Shown here in pieces: positions 52,236 through 64,000 of a stretch of 64,000 bases of DNA. Numbering within the stretch: position 1 is the first letter of the stretch; every line of letters begins with the position of its first letter. The notes beneath the pieces are model-generated. The model saw only the letters and a list, made by a program, of their open reading frames with translations, ran no database searches and was not told the origin of the DNA. Origin of the DNA: Cenococcum geophilum. Taxonomy: Eukaryota. The position numbers were made by a program, and so were the translations under genes. The stretch lies in the NCBI GenBank assembly GCA_050273025.1, contig CP158635.1:32922001-32986000 (forward strand), read 5' to 3'.

Positions 52236-52849
52236 AAAGCATTTTCTAGTTAAAACAGGTTTATTTTATTTTTATTATAATATATAAATAGCTTTTTTAT
52301 TTTTTTATATCCGTTATATTATACTACGTATAATAATATATACCTCTAGACTAGGGGTTTACCGGTCTCTAATAAAATATTAGGTTGCTAACAACTAATA
52401 GGTGGTTTAAAAACAGTAGAAAAGACTATAAGAAATTAAGAGATCCTAACGCCTATCTATGTCCTATTTGTAGCTTATTTCTATTCTTTTACTCTATAAT
52501 ATCTATCTACTAGGAGCTTAGTAGAAGTTACCTCCTTCTAAGGATCCTGCTGTTATTAGCCACTTTCTTGCAGCTATTCCTATCCTATCTAGAAATAGAA
52601 AAAACGCCTCTCTTTCTTTCTTTATGCAAAATAGTTTCTGTAGAGAGAGAGAGGGTCCTAGTTGCCTTTATATCTTCTCTCTCTCTATAAATAGCTTTTT
52701 TTGCCTTAAATACTGATATTATTAAAACTATTCTGTTATAAAGCTAATATAAAAATTCCTATAAGAGTATAACGCCTAAACTTAGCTATATTTAAGTACT
52801 CTTGCGTACTTACTAAATGAAGTAATAAATTCTCTTCTACTTAATAATT

Positions 52850-55800
52850 ATGTCTTGTAAAAACCACGCTACGTGGCTACAAGTAGCTAGATCTACTAGC
52901 TTTATAATTAATAATACTTTTTAGCTAGGCTATATTATTTAAGCCTTACTAAACCCTACTTTACAGACGCCGAGTTTACTTCTATTTCTAGGTAGAAGGA
53001 GTAAAAATATTGCTTTGCGGCAGCTATTTCTATATAATAACTTTAAGAGGCATAGCTCTAAGGGAGTTTTAAATATCCGAATTGATATATCTTCGATAGC
53101 GTGTAACAACCCAATTATCTTTGCGGACGGCGATTTTACTAGCGCTGTCCTATCTTACCTAGCGCCTGCGTTCTGCTATAAGAGCACTACTTATATGGTG
53201 GCTTGGCAGCCCCCTAGCGGACAGTTGGTTGTTAACGCTATATTTGCTTATATCGTACTACCTTTTGTTACAGTTCTTACCGTATTTGTTAATGACTTTA
53301 ATTCTATTAAATAAATTCCTGCCTTTTTTAAACAATGGGCTGATATTAGCAGTTACGTAGGTGTCCTCCTAAGGACTAGCCCTAGTTTAATTGTTATTTC
53401 TTTATAAAAGAATATAACGGAAGCTAGAGCCGTTTGCATAAGTGCTTACACTATAAAGATTTTCTTATAAATTGCCGCGCTTGAGATAGACGGCTCTTTG
53501 TCTCCTCTGGCAGGCTATAGGCCTTTAAAGGAGGAAATACTAAGACAAGTCGACGAGATTAGATATTATTTACGGCTTAAATACCGATTATTCACTGCGC
53601 ATTACCTTGATGCGCTCTATTAGGCAGCGCTACTATATATAGCTATAACCGCCATAGAGCCCTTTGATATTATTTAAGCAACTCGAAAGTATTATATATG
53701 TGAGGATCTTGGTGGTTATATGAAAACCATTATAAGGCTTAGGAGGGAGGGGAAGATCCTCTATAAAGACGTTACTAAGTTTGTCGCATTAAGTATTTTA
53801 ATAAATATATATCCTCCACAAGCGCATAGTAAAGTTACCTTCTTTATACCATTTCTTTTAACTAACTATTTTACTAGATTTTGCACTAAGGCAAATTTAC
53901 CGTTTATTATATCGATCTGCATTTATTTATGCGTTATTAGAAGTCTTTAACGAAAGTATAGGAGAGTATTAGAGCCGCTAAGCTAAAAAGCATATTTATA
54001 GTCTTTTCGAATTATTATAAAATATGCCTTCTGCAAAAGCCCGAGCTCTAGATATTTGTCTATATTGGGCCTATATTAAAACAAACAAGATATGCCTATT
54101 CTGTTGCTTTCAAACTCCTTAGTATATGTTTAGTTGCGGCTACACTATTTGCGATATCTGCGTTTAAATATTTGGTGATGTAGTAATAGGAGTAGAGTAT
54201 AAATATACTATTAATACCTATATTCTCTATAAAGCAGTTCTATCTATAGGCTCTCTAACTATAAAGCTAAAGCCGCCTACTTGTGGTATCCGTATCCTTA
54301 GAATTGATGGTGGTGGCATAAGAGGCGTAATACCTCTAGAGTTCCTCTTATAAACCTAAAATTTACTTAGGTCCTGCGTTATCTAGGACTTCTTTAATAT
54401 AGTTATCGGCATAAGCTCTGGTAAGTAATCTATCTATTATTTAATACGGCGCTTATAAAAATAGGCGGCCTAAAAGCCTTACTTATATTTCTTTACGGAT
54501 AGGACGTTGCCTAGTGTAGCGAAATATTTAACCAAACCCTTACGCAATTTTTTAAAAGCTAAAGGCCTACATCCAAGTCATTCCTCTCGCGTTTGCGCGG
54601 TTATCTCCGTATATAGCTTTTAGACGGTTAGTACGACGCTACGGCTTTAGAAAAATACTTTAAAAATATCTTTAGGCCAATAAGACGCTTAATAGATCCG
54701 ATAGCTTTGGCTTACTTAGGTATGAAGGTGGCCGTAACAGCCACCAATATCTTAGACGTGGTACCTTTTTTATTTTCTAATTACAACCCTTCCGTAGAGA
54801 AGATGAGTAGTTTGTCTAATAATAATACTAGTGAAGTAAATAATATAACTAAGGCTTCTAGTAGGCTACAAGCACACTAAACTAAAAGAGAACGGTATTG
54901 AAGAGATTCTATATGTTTGGCAAGCGTGAGTTAACCTTTAATAAACTAGGCTTTTTGCGCTAATTACTAAATAGTGCTAGGGCTACCTCTGCCGCCCTAG
55001 TGTATATATTTAAAGCCCTTTAATCTTCTCTTTTACTGCCTGCTAATTAATTAATAAGGTTATTCCGGGCTGTAGAACTAAAATTATTCAGCGCCTTTTA
55101 AGATAGGGGATTAAAGCATAATAATCTAATAAGCCTTAGACTTTGTAAGAGTCGTTATATTTAGTCTAAAGACTATAGGGCTGATGTAGTCCTGTCTCTT
55201 AGAACTGGTACTATAGAGAGCCAGTCGCCTTAAGCTCCACATTTTAGGCATGTCCTTAATGATAGGTTTATTCCGAGACTCTATCGATTATAGCTTTCTT
55301 TTTTTAATGGCGAAAGAATATGGAGGGATCTTACTGTATACTTAGACGACAATTTAAAAGTGAACTACTTTCGTTTTAACGTGAAGCTAGAGGAATTGAT
55401 GGCCATTAATAATACTTTAATTATAGCTAAGCTGCGGGAGATAGTATAGATGCAGCCTTACGGAGCTGCGGAGCGTTAAAGATTGGTCCTATTACTCTTA
55501 GCTTTATCCTTTTTTTTTAAGCTAGACTGCGCCCCGAAATTTAATATAGGATTTTATAGATATAAGGGATTAATTCGCTGCCGAAACTAAATTGGCGCAA
55601 TTACCGACATAATTAGTCGCATATTCCCTTTAGCAATAGAATTCGTTACTAATTTAGTTACCCTAGCGACCTTTAAGGGTGCTTAAGGTATTTATACCTT
55701 ATGCCTAAGGTTTAGGAAACCAGTGATATTTTATATAAGACACCCTTCTAAAACTATTATAATGTACCTTAGAGTAGACAAAGACATTTATATTAGAATT

Positions 55801-55983
55801 AGTGGGTTTCTATAAAGCATGTCCTAGTTTATTCGGTAATAATAACTTAATACTCCTTTTAGTGTTCCTAATTATAGTATACCTAGGTCGGTTGCTTACT
55901 CTCGCTATTGTATAGCAGAGGTTTCCTTAAAAAGACGTTTTAGTTCCCTAGGAGATACTGCGCGGAAGCGGATACAACTCTAA
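52850..55983 (+). pseudogene. Patatin-like phospholipase (PLP) with RING-like segment, RIPed
   Basis: MSCKNHATWL start, CLFCCF...CGYTICDICV (~54095), RILRIDGGGIRG (54301), GISSG (GxSxG, ~54408), ARATSAA and F*DRGLKHNN (DGG relic, ~55100). ORFs 53015 and 53720 are fragments. Confidence 0.9.
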
Positions 55984-56249
55984 TAGTTATAAAAATGTCT
56001 ATAGCAATTTACCTATATTATTTTTCTGTCTTTAAAATTCACATTTATTATAAAATAGGTGTATTAAATCTTATTTATATAAAATTATATTAAGAATAAA
56101 TGTCTATTTATTTTCGTAATAAATTAGGCTAAGCTATAAATAACCTTAGTAAAAATATTTTGGAGTACGGCTTACTCTAAAGCACGGCAAATTTAAGCGT
56201 AAGGAATATTTTCCCCTATTTATTAAAATCCTATAGGGGATTTAAAGCC

Positions 56250-56497
56250 ATACTCTAGAATAACCTATACTTTAGAATAACCCGTGCTCTAGAATAACCT
56301 GTACTTTAAAATAACCTATACTCTAGAATAACCCGTGCTCTAGAATAACCTATACTTTAGAATAACCCGTACTCTAGAATAACCTATACTCTAGAATAAC
56401 CCGTGCTCTAGAATAACCCATACTCTAGAATAACCTATACTCTAAAATAACCCGTACTTTAGAATAACCCGTGCTCTAGAATAACCTATACTCTAAA
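56250..56497. repeat. 17-bp minisatellite (tgctctagaataacccg / tactctagaataaccta), about 14 units
   Basis: Units start at 56251, 56268 and onward; variants differ by transitions. Confidence 0.95.
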
Positions 56498-59084
56498 AGA
56501 AGTGCTCTAGGAATATTATTCCGCTAGCATTCGCGCTTAGCATCTAATGTATTTCTAGCATAGAATTTATCCTTAAAGACAACCTTACGTAGCTCTTAAA
56601 TGTAAGGAACTAATGCCTTATAGATAGGGTCCGGAAATTAGCCCTACTAAATCCTTTTATTAATAAGTCCCCTTAATTATATCTTCCTCTAAAATCAATT
56701 ATATCTAAATTATAGATAGCTTTTAGCATTGATAATAAAGATATAGATTAGTAATATAGAGCCAAGGGTATTCTTTACAGACATTTAATATACCGTCCTT
56801 TACTTTACCTACTACTATAATAAAGAAATACATTACTTTATACTTAGAGGTTGGTACCAAAAACTTAAATAAATAACTATATTTTACTAACAATAATTAT
56901 ATTTCTTAATAAATTATTAAGGGTAGTAGTAAAGTAATACTAAAGGCAAAGTAAGGGGCGGCTCTAAAGGGAAAGGACTAAAACTTATAGCAGCCGGGCC
57001 TAACTTTAAGTAATAACGCATCTATACTAATTTAAGACGTCGTTTTAGAACGCGGTCTTTAATCCTATAACTCTGTTTCTCTTTTAACTTATTTCTAGGA
57101 TTTAGCTCTAGAGACCGCCTAATAAGTAGGGAAGGTTGTCTAGGGGAATTTCCATAGTATAGGATCTGTTTTTTTCGCGCCTAAGGACTACTAAAAACAA
57201 CTATTCTCTAGCATTTAACGTGGCTCCTAGTCTCGCTTTAGGATTAGAGGTAGAGTTTAATAATTAAAAAAGGTTGTTTAGAGGAACTTCTATAATATAA
57301 GACCCGTTTTTCTTGCGCCTTAGAATAACTAGGAATAATAGTTCTTTTAGATCGGCATTAGAATTAGAAGCGGAGTTTAATAGCGGTTTTTAGGTGCGGT
57401 AATTATGTATAGGGGATGACTTGTATATAGATGGGGAATGGTAAGTCTACTAGAGATAATACTTTATAGCGCGCTTTGAGTTTAACTAACCGCCAATAGG
57501 CGTTGATAGTTGCACTATATGCTTATAGACATTATTACCCTTGCCTTTGTTATCTGTGTCGCTACTACCGTCGTTGTAGTTTTCGGCTTTAGCTAAATCG
57601 TTGGTAGGATTATAGAGAACTCGATTTAGATAGTTACTAACCTTACTATGGGGTAGTGTGGTGTTACGGGGAGAGAAGTACTAAAGGGAAGGGCTAGTAG
57701 GTCGCGCAGCGGAGGCCGCCTGGTCGTTAGTACGGTCGTGGAGGTTAAGGATAAAACTAGGAGAAAAGGTTTTACGGGAGGGTAATTTTTATTACTTCGT
57801 GGGCCTGAGGTTCTCGGAATTATTAGAGCTATAATTAATGTTTTCTAGTTGCTTAAGCTGATTAAGTCTCTACTTCTTTAATATTAATAACGTACTTCTT
57901 AAGTTTGTCTTCTTACGCCTACCCTTATTAGCTAATAGGTTATTTATATTTATGTTTATTAGTCTAGGGTTGTAGTAATCGCAATCTTTATAACTTACTA
58001 GCGCCCTCCACTCTCTTAGCTCCTGAAGACTCTTAACTAGCGACTAATGTTATAGGTTTCTGACTAAGCTGCGGAGTGGTTCTATTGTAACGGCCGTTAG
58101 CTAGGTTGTCGCTATTTAGTAATGTAGGTCTGGTATAGCTGCGCGTAGGTATATGGGAGAGCTCTTCTAGCGCTTCTAACGAGGGTAACTTATTATTATT
58201 ATCGCTGCTGTTATTTCCGTAATGTTTAGCTTCTAGATCTAAGTTAGCTGCGCTGTTTTTGATAACTATTAGATCCGCTACTACTTATTAGACATATACG
58301 GATACTAGAAAATGATAGGAAAGTGCTAGGATAAATCACCTTAACTACTTCCCCTACTGCTACTCGCATCGCAGATATCTTTATCCTCGCTATCCCTGTT
58401 ATCCTTATTATCATTCTTCTTATAATTATATTTAGAATCTGTAGACGCTTTATTAGGCGGAATATCTAAATTAAGGCCCTATATAGAGCGGAGTACCTAA
58501 GAGTAGTAAAGCTTAATACGCCTTAGGATTGTCTTTTGGGTGAAAACGAGGTCTGTTAGACTTCCTTTAAAGTATACCCGCGCTTATTATTAGGGCTATA
58601 GGTTACATAATGCTAGTAAGGGGCTTTTAGCTTTTCTTAAGTAGTAGTGTAGAAATTAATTAAATGAAATTTCTAAAGAGAAACAGTGTTCGTCGCTGTT
58701 GCTTAAGGGGAATTGTAGGATTTTAAAATGCGCGCCAGTCCTGCCTTCGCCGCTAGCTTTCGCCTGTAGCCTAGACTTCTTAACTAGCTAAGGCATCTAA
58801 TATATGCCGTTCGCGGGGTAAAGGTTTGTAATGGCCCAGACCTACCGCCTAATCAATACCTTTAGCAAATTGCGGTTAGAATAGCGCCCCGCCTATATAG
58901 CTAGAATGTTTAGCTCTAATAAGGCCGTTATATTAGTATTCCTTAATAAATGGCAGCGCTAATATGTCCACTCCAACCCAACAGAATTGATCTCTTGTGT
59001 TAATCGTTAGCTAGATATAAAGCCTGATATATATACGCGTCGCTAGATATTTATAACGGAAGGAGATAGTATTCTTATTAATAG

Positions 59085-59500
59085 TGAGCGGAGCCCCCTA
59101 ATACTAACTACTCTAATACGCCTACCGCCCGTATTGAGTGATCTAGACCTGCTAGTAGTAAGCGGGGCTCTTACTCTAAGACGCCTACTATATATATAAT
59201 TATTGAATGATTTAAGCATGCTAGTGGCTCTCTACTAACCCCTCCGCCACTGATACGCCTACCCTCCTATATTATTAAGTGATTTAGACTTATTGGCAGC
59301 AAGCGGAGCTCTTAAATGCTAATTGCTCCGTTACTAGCACGCCTGCCGCCTATGTGATTAAGTAACCTACTAGCGGTAAGCGGGACCCTCTAATGCTAAT
59401 TACTTTGTCACTAGTATGTCTGCTAGCTATACTAAGTAATTTAGACCTACTGTGTAGTAAGCGAGGCTCCATTAAGTGACCCAGATATATTAGTGGCAGG
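59085..59500. repeat. Degenerate ~60-85 bp tandem repeat
   Basis: Recurring acgcctaccgcc...agtgatctagacctgctag...taagcggggctct blocks, about 5-6 copies. Confidence 0.6.
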
Positions 59501-60729
59501 CGGTATAGGACACTGCGTAATACTTGCCCTTCTAATATAGACTAGCTGGTATTAATCCTTTACAGTTACGTACTCCGACCTAAAAGACTAAACCTTTACC
59601 GCTTAAACGTCTCGCAAGTGGTAAGGTAGCTAGATAGTCCTTTACGCCTAAGCCTATAGACTATACAGCGTCCTTAAAATGCCCGTTTTAATACGACCGT
59701 ATAAGCAGATAGGTATACGTGTATAGCTACTTAGAATACTACTCGCGAGGTCTGGTTCTAATAGCCTAGTAGGGTATAGCCGCTTAGACATTTAGCTAGG
59801 TTTCTATTAAGTAACCTAGTGGCATGTCCTTATAATATAGGCGGCTTTGACTATTAGTAGATGCTAAAGCTATCGGCTCTATATGATGCATCCTAGGGGA
59901 AAAGAGCGCGCAATTAAATTATGCAACGTATGCTTAACCTAGTAGAGAAGGCGGGGCGAGGCAGTACGCCTATTTATCCCTACCTGGGAAGGGTATATAA
60001 ACGACTGCGGAGCAGTCTTAATTAGGAATTAAAAGGAGAGAGGTAAGAGAGAAAGTGGAATTATAAGGATATATACGCGCTAAGAGGATAGAGGCAGCAC
60101 TAAAAGAACTTAATAAGCGTTAGAAAGTTGCTAATACTAAAGGCTAGAGTTAGGAGAGGCTAAAGGAAAGGCCGTAATTAACTGCATTAATTATTAGTTA
60201 AAGATATAAAATGGATACTTATATGTATGTTGGCGCTAAGGGGCGAATATATTTTAATGCGACGGTGACAAGCAATAAGAAGAGGGGGAGGCGTGGTGTA
60301 AGAAAAGATAAGGATAAGAAGAAAATAAGGCCCTTTAAGGTAAAGGTTAGGGGTCTTGGCGGAGCTAAGGTTTGCCAAGTTCTTACGGACTAACCGCTCC
60401 TTACTAACAAATTCTCTACTTTATGGGGGATAGCTGTATATACGTGCTTTCCCTACCCTATAACCGAATTCTACTACGGGGCGTCTAATTTATAAGATAA
60501 TCCTTACGTAAGACAAACTTCGCGAACATTATCTCCTTTGCATTACCATCTTTTAGCTAACTTTTACTTCTAGAGCTATTCTTCTTTCTTAGAGGAGGCA
60601 AGTAAAAAATGACAAAATTTGGCTTAAAAGATTGTTAATTAATTTCTATTTAATAATGCTAGACTAGCTGGTACTATAGTTCCGCGTTAATATCTATTTC
60701 CTTTTTTATCGCTCTAATCTTTACTAGTA

Positions 60730-63380
60730 TTTAATTTCTTCTCTTCTTGCCTATTTTTGTATCTCTTTCTATCTCTATATATAATTTATTAAGCCCTCCT
60801 TTTAGCATTTCTAATATACTATCCTCTAAATATTTGTACTCCCTTAAACTATTAAGGAACCCTTTTAACATTTCTTTAGCGTCTTATAATATGATTTTAG
60901 GATCTCTATACCCTATTAATATTAGAACTACTTTAGTACTACCATACTAGAACTTACTTAGATTTATTCTTTCCTTTTCCCTATTCTTTCTTTTTCTTCT
61001 TCTTATTCTCCTTTTTCTTCTTCTCCTCTTTGTTCTTTTTCTTCTTTACCTCCTCCTTTTTCTTCTTCTCCTTTTCCTTCCTCTCCTTTTCCTTCTCCTT
61101 TTCCTTCTTCTCCTTTTCCTTCTCCTTTTCCTTCCTTTCCTTTTCCTTCTTCTTCTTTTCCTTCTCCTTCTTCTTCTTCTTCTTCTTTTTCTCCTTTTCC
61201 TTATTCTTTCCTTTCTTCTCTTTTTCCTTTTCTTTCTTTCCCTTTCCTTTCTTGGCTTTCTTTCCTTTCCCTAATTCTATTAGCTTCTTATACTTTATTA
61301 CTAGGGAATTTTCCTCACCCTTTATTACTTCCCTGTCCTTATCGTCTTCTTTGTTATTCTTATCGTCTTCTTTATCGTCCTTATCGTCCTTATTACCTGA
61401 GTTATCTAAGTCGTTTGAGTTGTTTAAGTCGCTGTCCTCTTCTTCCTCTAATAACTTATTTGATGAGGAGTCGTCCTTATTGTCCCCGGAGGAGGACGAG
61501 CTTAAGTCGTCCTTATCGCCCTTATTATCCGAATCTGAGTTACTATCCTCTTCCTCCTCTAATGACTTATTTGACAAGGAGTTATCCCCGGAGGTAGAGT
61601 TATTAGAGTCGTCCTTAGAGGAAGATAAGTCCGAGTCGTCCCCAGAGGAAGATAAGTCTGAGTCGTCTAAGTTGTCCAAGTTATCCCTCTTTCTAAATTT
61701 CCTCTCACTTATCCGCTTCCCCCCCCCTACTAGCATCCATTGCTTTCTAGTATATTTTGGTATGCCGTTAGGCTCTAGTTGCTTTGCCTTCTTCTAATAC
61801 CCCTCTAATTCCCCATTAATAAGTCTTAATCCGTACTTATTGCATAATACGGTCCTTAGGAACCACCTCTTTACGCCCTTTACCTTAATATATATGGCCG
61901 TAATTGGCATATTGGTGTAATAGGGTGCGTTGTTTTTAACTTTTGAGGAGATATAACCTTTTAGGCTCGATTCTCTGTCTACTAATACTACACCTCTGAT
62001 AGTAATACTTGTAAAGGGGACATCCTTAATATACTTCTTTGTGCCTTTTATAATTAGCTTAGAGTATTTATCCTTACAGATTTGTAAAATCCCCTTGCCG
62101 AATCTTCCGCTTGTGATAAATATATACCTTTTACAACCGTTAAATATCTTTGGATGCTAGATTAAGAGCCAATAGCCGCTACGACCCGCCTTCTACTAGC
62201 CCCTAAGCCACTACTATTGGCCATCTAATAAGACTTGACCTCGCTTCTTCGTCGCTGCTAGAGGTTTAAAAGTTTTATTAGTGTTATCTTCGGTAGCCTT
62301 TATATAATCCTTCTTCTTCCCTTTCTTCTTCTTTACTTCCTTTTTTCCCTTCTTCCCTTTTTTCTTTTCCTTCTTCTTTTCCTTCTTCTTTTCCTTCCCC
62401 TTTTTCTTCTTCCCCTTATCTTTCTTGGCTTTTTTCTTTTTTATAGATAGGTCCGATTGCAAAAACGCCTACCGCTTTACCTGCCATTTTTTAAGAACAT
62501 TATTATTAAGAGTAAGGGTAAAAGGAAGAAAGTTTGGAAGATCCTTTCTTTGTTCTCTATACTGGGCTACTAGTAATTTGGTATTAATTATATCTAGGTG
62601 GTTTTTCGCTATCCCTATACCGAAATCATCCAGTTCTCCTTTTATTATATGTATAAGTGTATTTCTCAAATCCTTTAGCAATGGAAGAACCGTCCTATAA
62701 CGAATAGTGCCCAAGAGTTTGTGGTAGTTGTGTACTTTATTATATTTAATAGCTTCTTAATTTGCTTTTCTTAGGTCATTAAGAGCTATAAAGTTGTCTC
62801 TAATAACGACTCGCCAAAAAATAGGAACTAACTTTTTATTTTGGTGGTTAGTATAAAATTCGCTAACTTAATCGGGATTAAAATCATCGTCTTTTATTTC
62901 TTAATCTCCGTCCTTATCTGTTGTTGGATCTTATAGCGCGGTCGAGGACTCGCTATAGCTAAACCCGTTATCTAGCTCTGGCCTCTTTATACCTTTTTTT
63001 TTACCACTAGGAGGATGGTTAAAGTTAATTAGACCCTTCTTAGGGGTCTAATTCTTTATTTCTTTAATATATTCGCTTGGAATATTAAGTTTTTTAGCAA
63101 CGTTTATAATAACTATATAAAAGTTAGTCGTATATTATATGTATATTAAACTCCATACTTTAAAGAGCCTTATTACTATTATTTACGCCACCCCGCTTTG
63201 GATATACTTTTTATATTACCTTCCGCCACGCTTATATTTTCTAAGTAGGACTTAGGTTGTCGCCCTTCTTAAGTTAGATAAATTTTAGTAAACTAGCGTC
63301 GTTATCACTCTACTTAAGAATTTTATTAATCTTATTCTAGCGTATTTAGTTTTCTTATTTAGGTTCGGCTAGTTCTTTAG
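60730..63380 (-). pseudogene. Large decayed gene with D/S-rich and K/E-rich low-complexity tracts
   Basis: ORFs 62469-62714, 62214-62462 and 60981-61736 are co-oriented fragments. The frame continues past the TAG at 60981 (GKGKNKSSKF*YGSTKVVLILIGYRDPKII), and globular-looking sequence lies between the tracts. Confidence 0.5.
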
Positions 63381-64000
63381 CCCTATCTCCCTTTCTCTAT
63401 CACTTCTTCCGGAGATTATTATTAGGGAATGGGGTCGCTTGTGGAGTAGGGGGCGCGCTATCGGCTATTTTTAATAAATTGGCGCTAGTGCCTAATGATA
63501 AATTTCTAAAGATTTAAATAAAAGGAAACCACCCTTTTATATTTGCCTTAATTATATATAGTGGCATATATTTAGACTCTAGTAATTATATATAGACACT
63601 ACTATATATAATTTATGTCTATTTTAGTAAATTAGGAGGGGGTACGGCCTTAAAACTAAGGTGGCGTTTTATTAAATATGGGGTAGTATTAGCCCTTTTA
63701 ATCACGTCTATATAGAGGGTCTTAAATATACTTAACACGTAATTTAAATTAAATAATTTACTGTCTATAGAGGTTGCCTTTATTACTCGCATTGCTAGCA
63801 GATTACTATATTATTTAAAGACACTATATTATAGCTAGTTTTAAAGTATAAAGTAGGCAAATATAGATTTTTAAACTATCTAAAGAAATATCTTCTAAAG
63901 CCTCCCTAACCTAACTAGGACATTAAATCGAGTTAACTAGGATCTAAGTTAATGGGAAATCTTATATAAAGGCGAGGCATAAAATACCTAAAAGAGTTTC

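Larger units (their letters stand above)
1..64000. other. RIP-mutated, AT-rich fungal repeat/accessory region
   Basis: Pervasive TA dinucleotides and scarce CA/TG. LTR pairs differ by C>T/G>A transitions. Recognisable protein frames are broken by TAA/TAG at Gln/Trp positions, and the ORF track has no long genuine ORF. Confidence 0.95.
37639..64000 (+). mobile_element. Starship-type giant transposon, RIP-inactivated; left end approximate, right end not found
   Basis: The DUF3435 captain is the first gene, followed by MYB/SANT, DUF3723 and patatin-like genes typical of Starship auxiliary content. There is a compositional shift near 37650. Membership of sequence beyond about 56.5 kb is uncertain. 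Confidence 0.75.

Noticed and set aside
26570..56497. CRISPR-like arrays
   Set aside because: Units are contiguous with no unique spacers, the context is eukaryotic, and there are no cas genes.
56800..60560. Possible decayed genes, including ORF 60211-60393
   Set aside because: Protein-like fragments only; strand, extent and family could not be established.
61030..61797. 255-aa F/S-rich plus-strand ORF (and ORFs 60747, 61415, 62425)
   Set aside because: Antisense shadows of the K/E- and D/S-rich minus-strand frames.
56500..64000. Right boundary of the Starship
   Set aside because: No distinctive terminal repeat could be matched to the left end; TTAC occurs too often to be informative.

Overview
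This is fungal (filamentous ascomycete-type) repeat-rich DNA degraded throughout by repeat-induced point mutation (RIP): TpA is strongly enriched, CpA/TpG is depleted, and Gln/Trp codons have become stops. I see no intact gene. The right part (from about 37.6 kb) is a RIP-inactivated Starship-type giant transposon. It has a DUF3435 tyrosine-recombinase 'captain' followed by FunK1 kinase, MYB/SANT, kinase-like, DUF3723 and patatin-like phospholipase pseudogenes; its right end was not found. The left part (1-37.6 kb) is an apparently more heavily RIPed tract of decayed genes. It includes an inverted paralogue of the FunK1 module and two full-length Ty3/Gypsy LTR retrotransposons with intact 5-bp TSDs (13739-20074, minus; 28252-36217, plus). 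It also holds a young, barely RIPed head-to-tail tandem of Helitron2/Helentron-like non-autonomous elements with shared ends but different middles (20108-21224). Several minisatellites are present, three with a 17-bp period. Protein calls come from manual translation with mental de-RIPing and motif recognition; no database search was run, and pseudogene ends are approximate.
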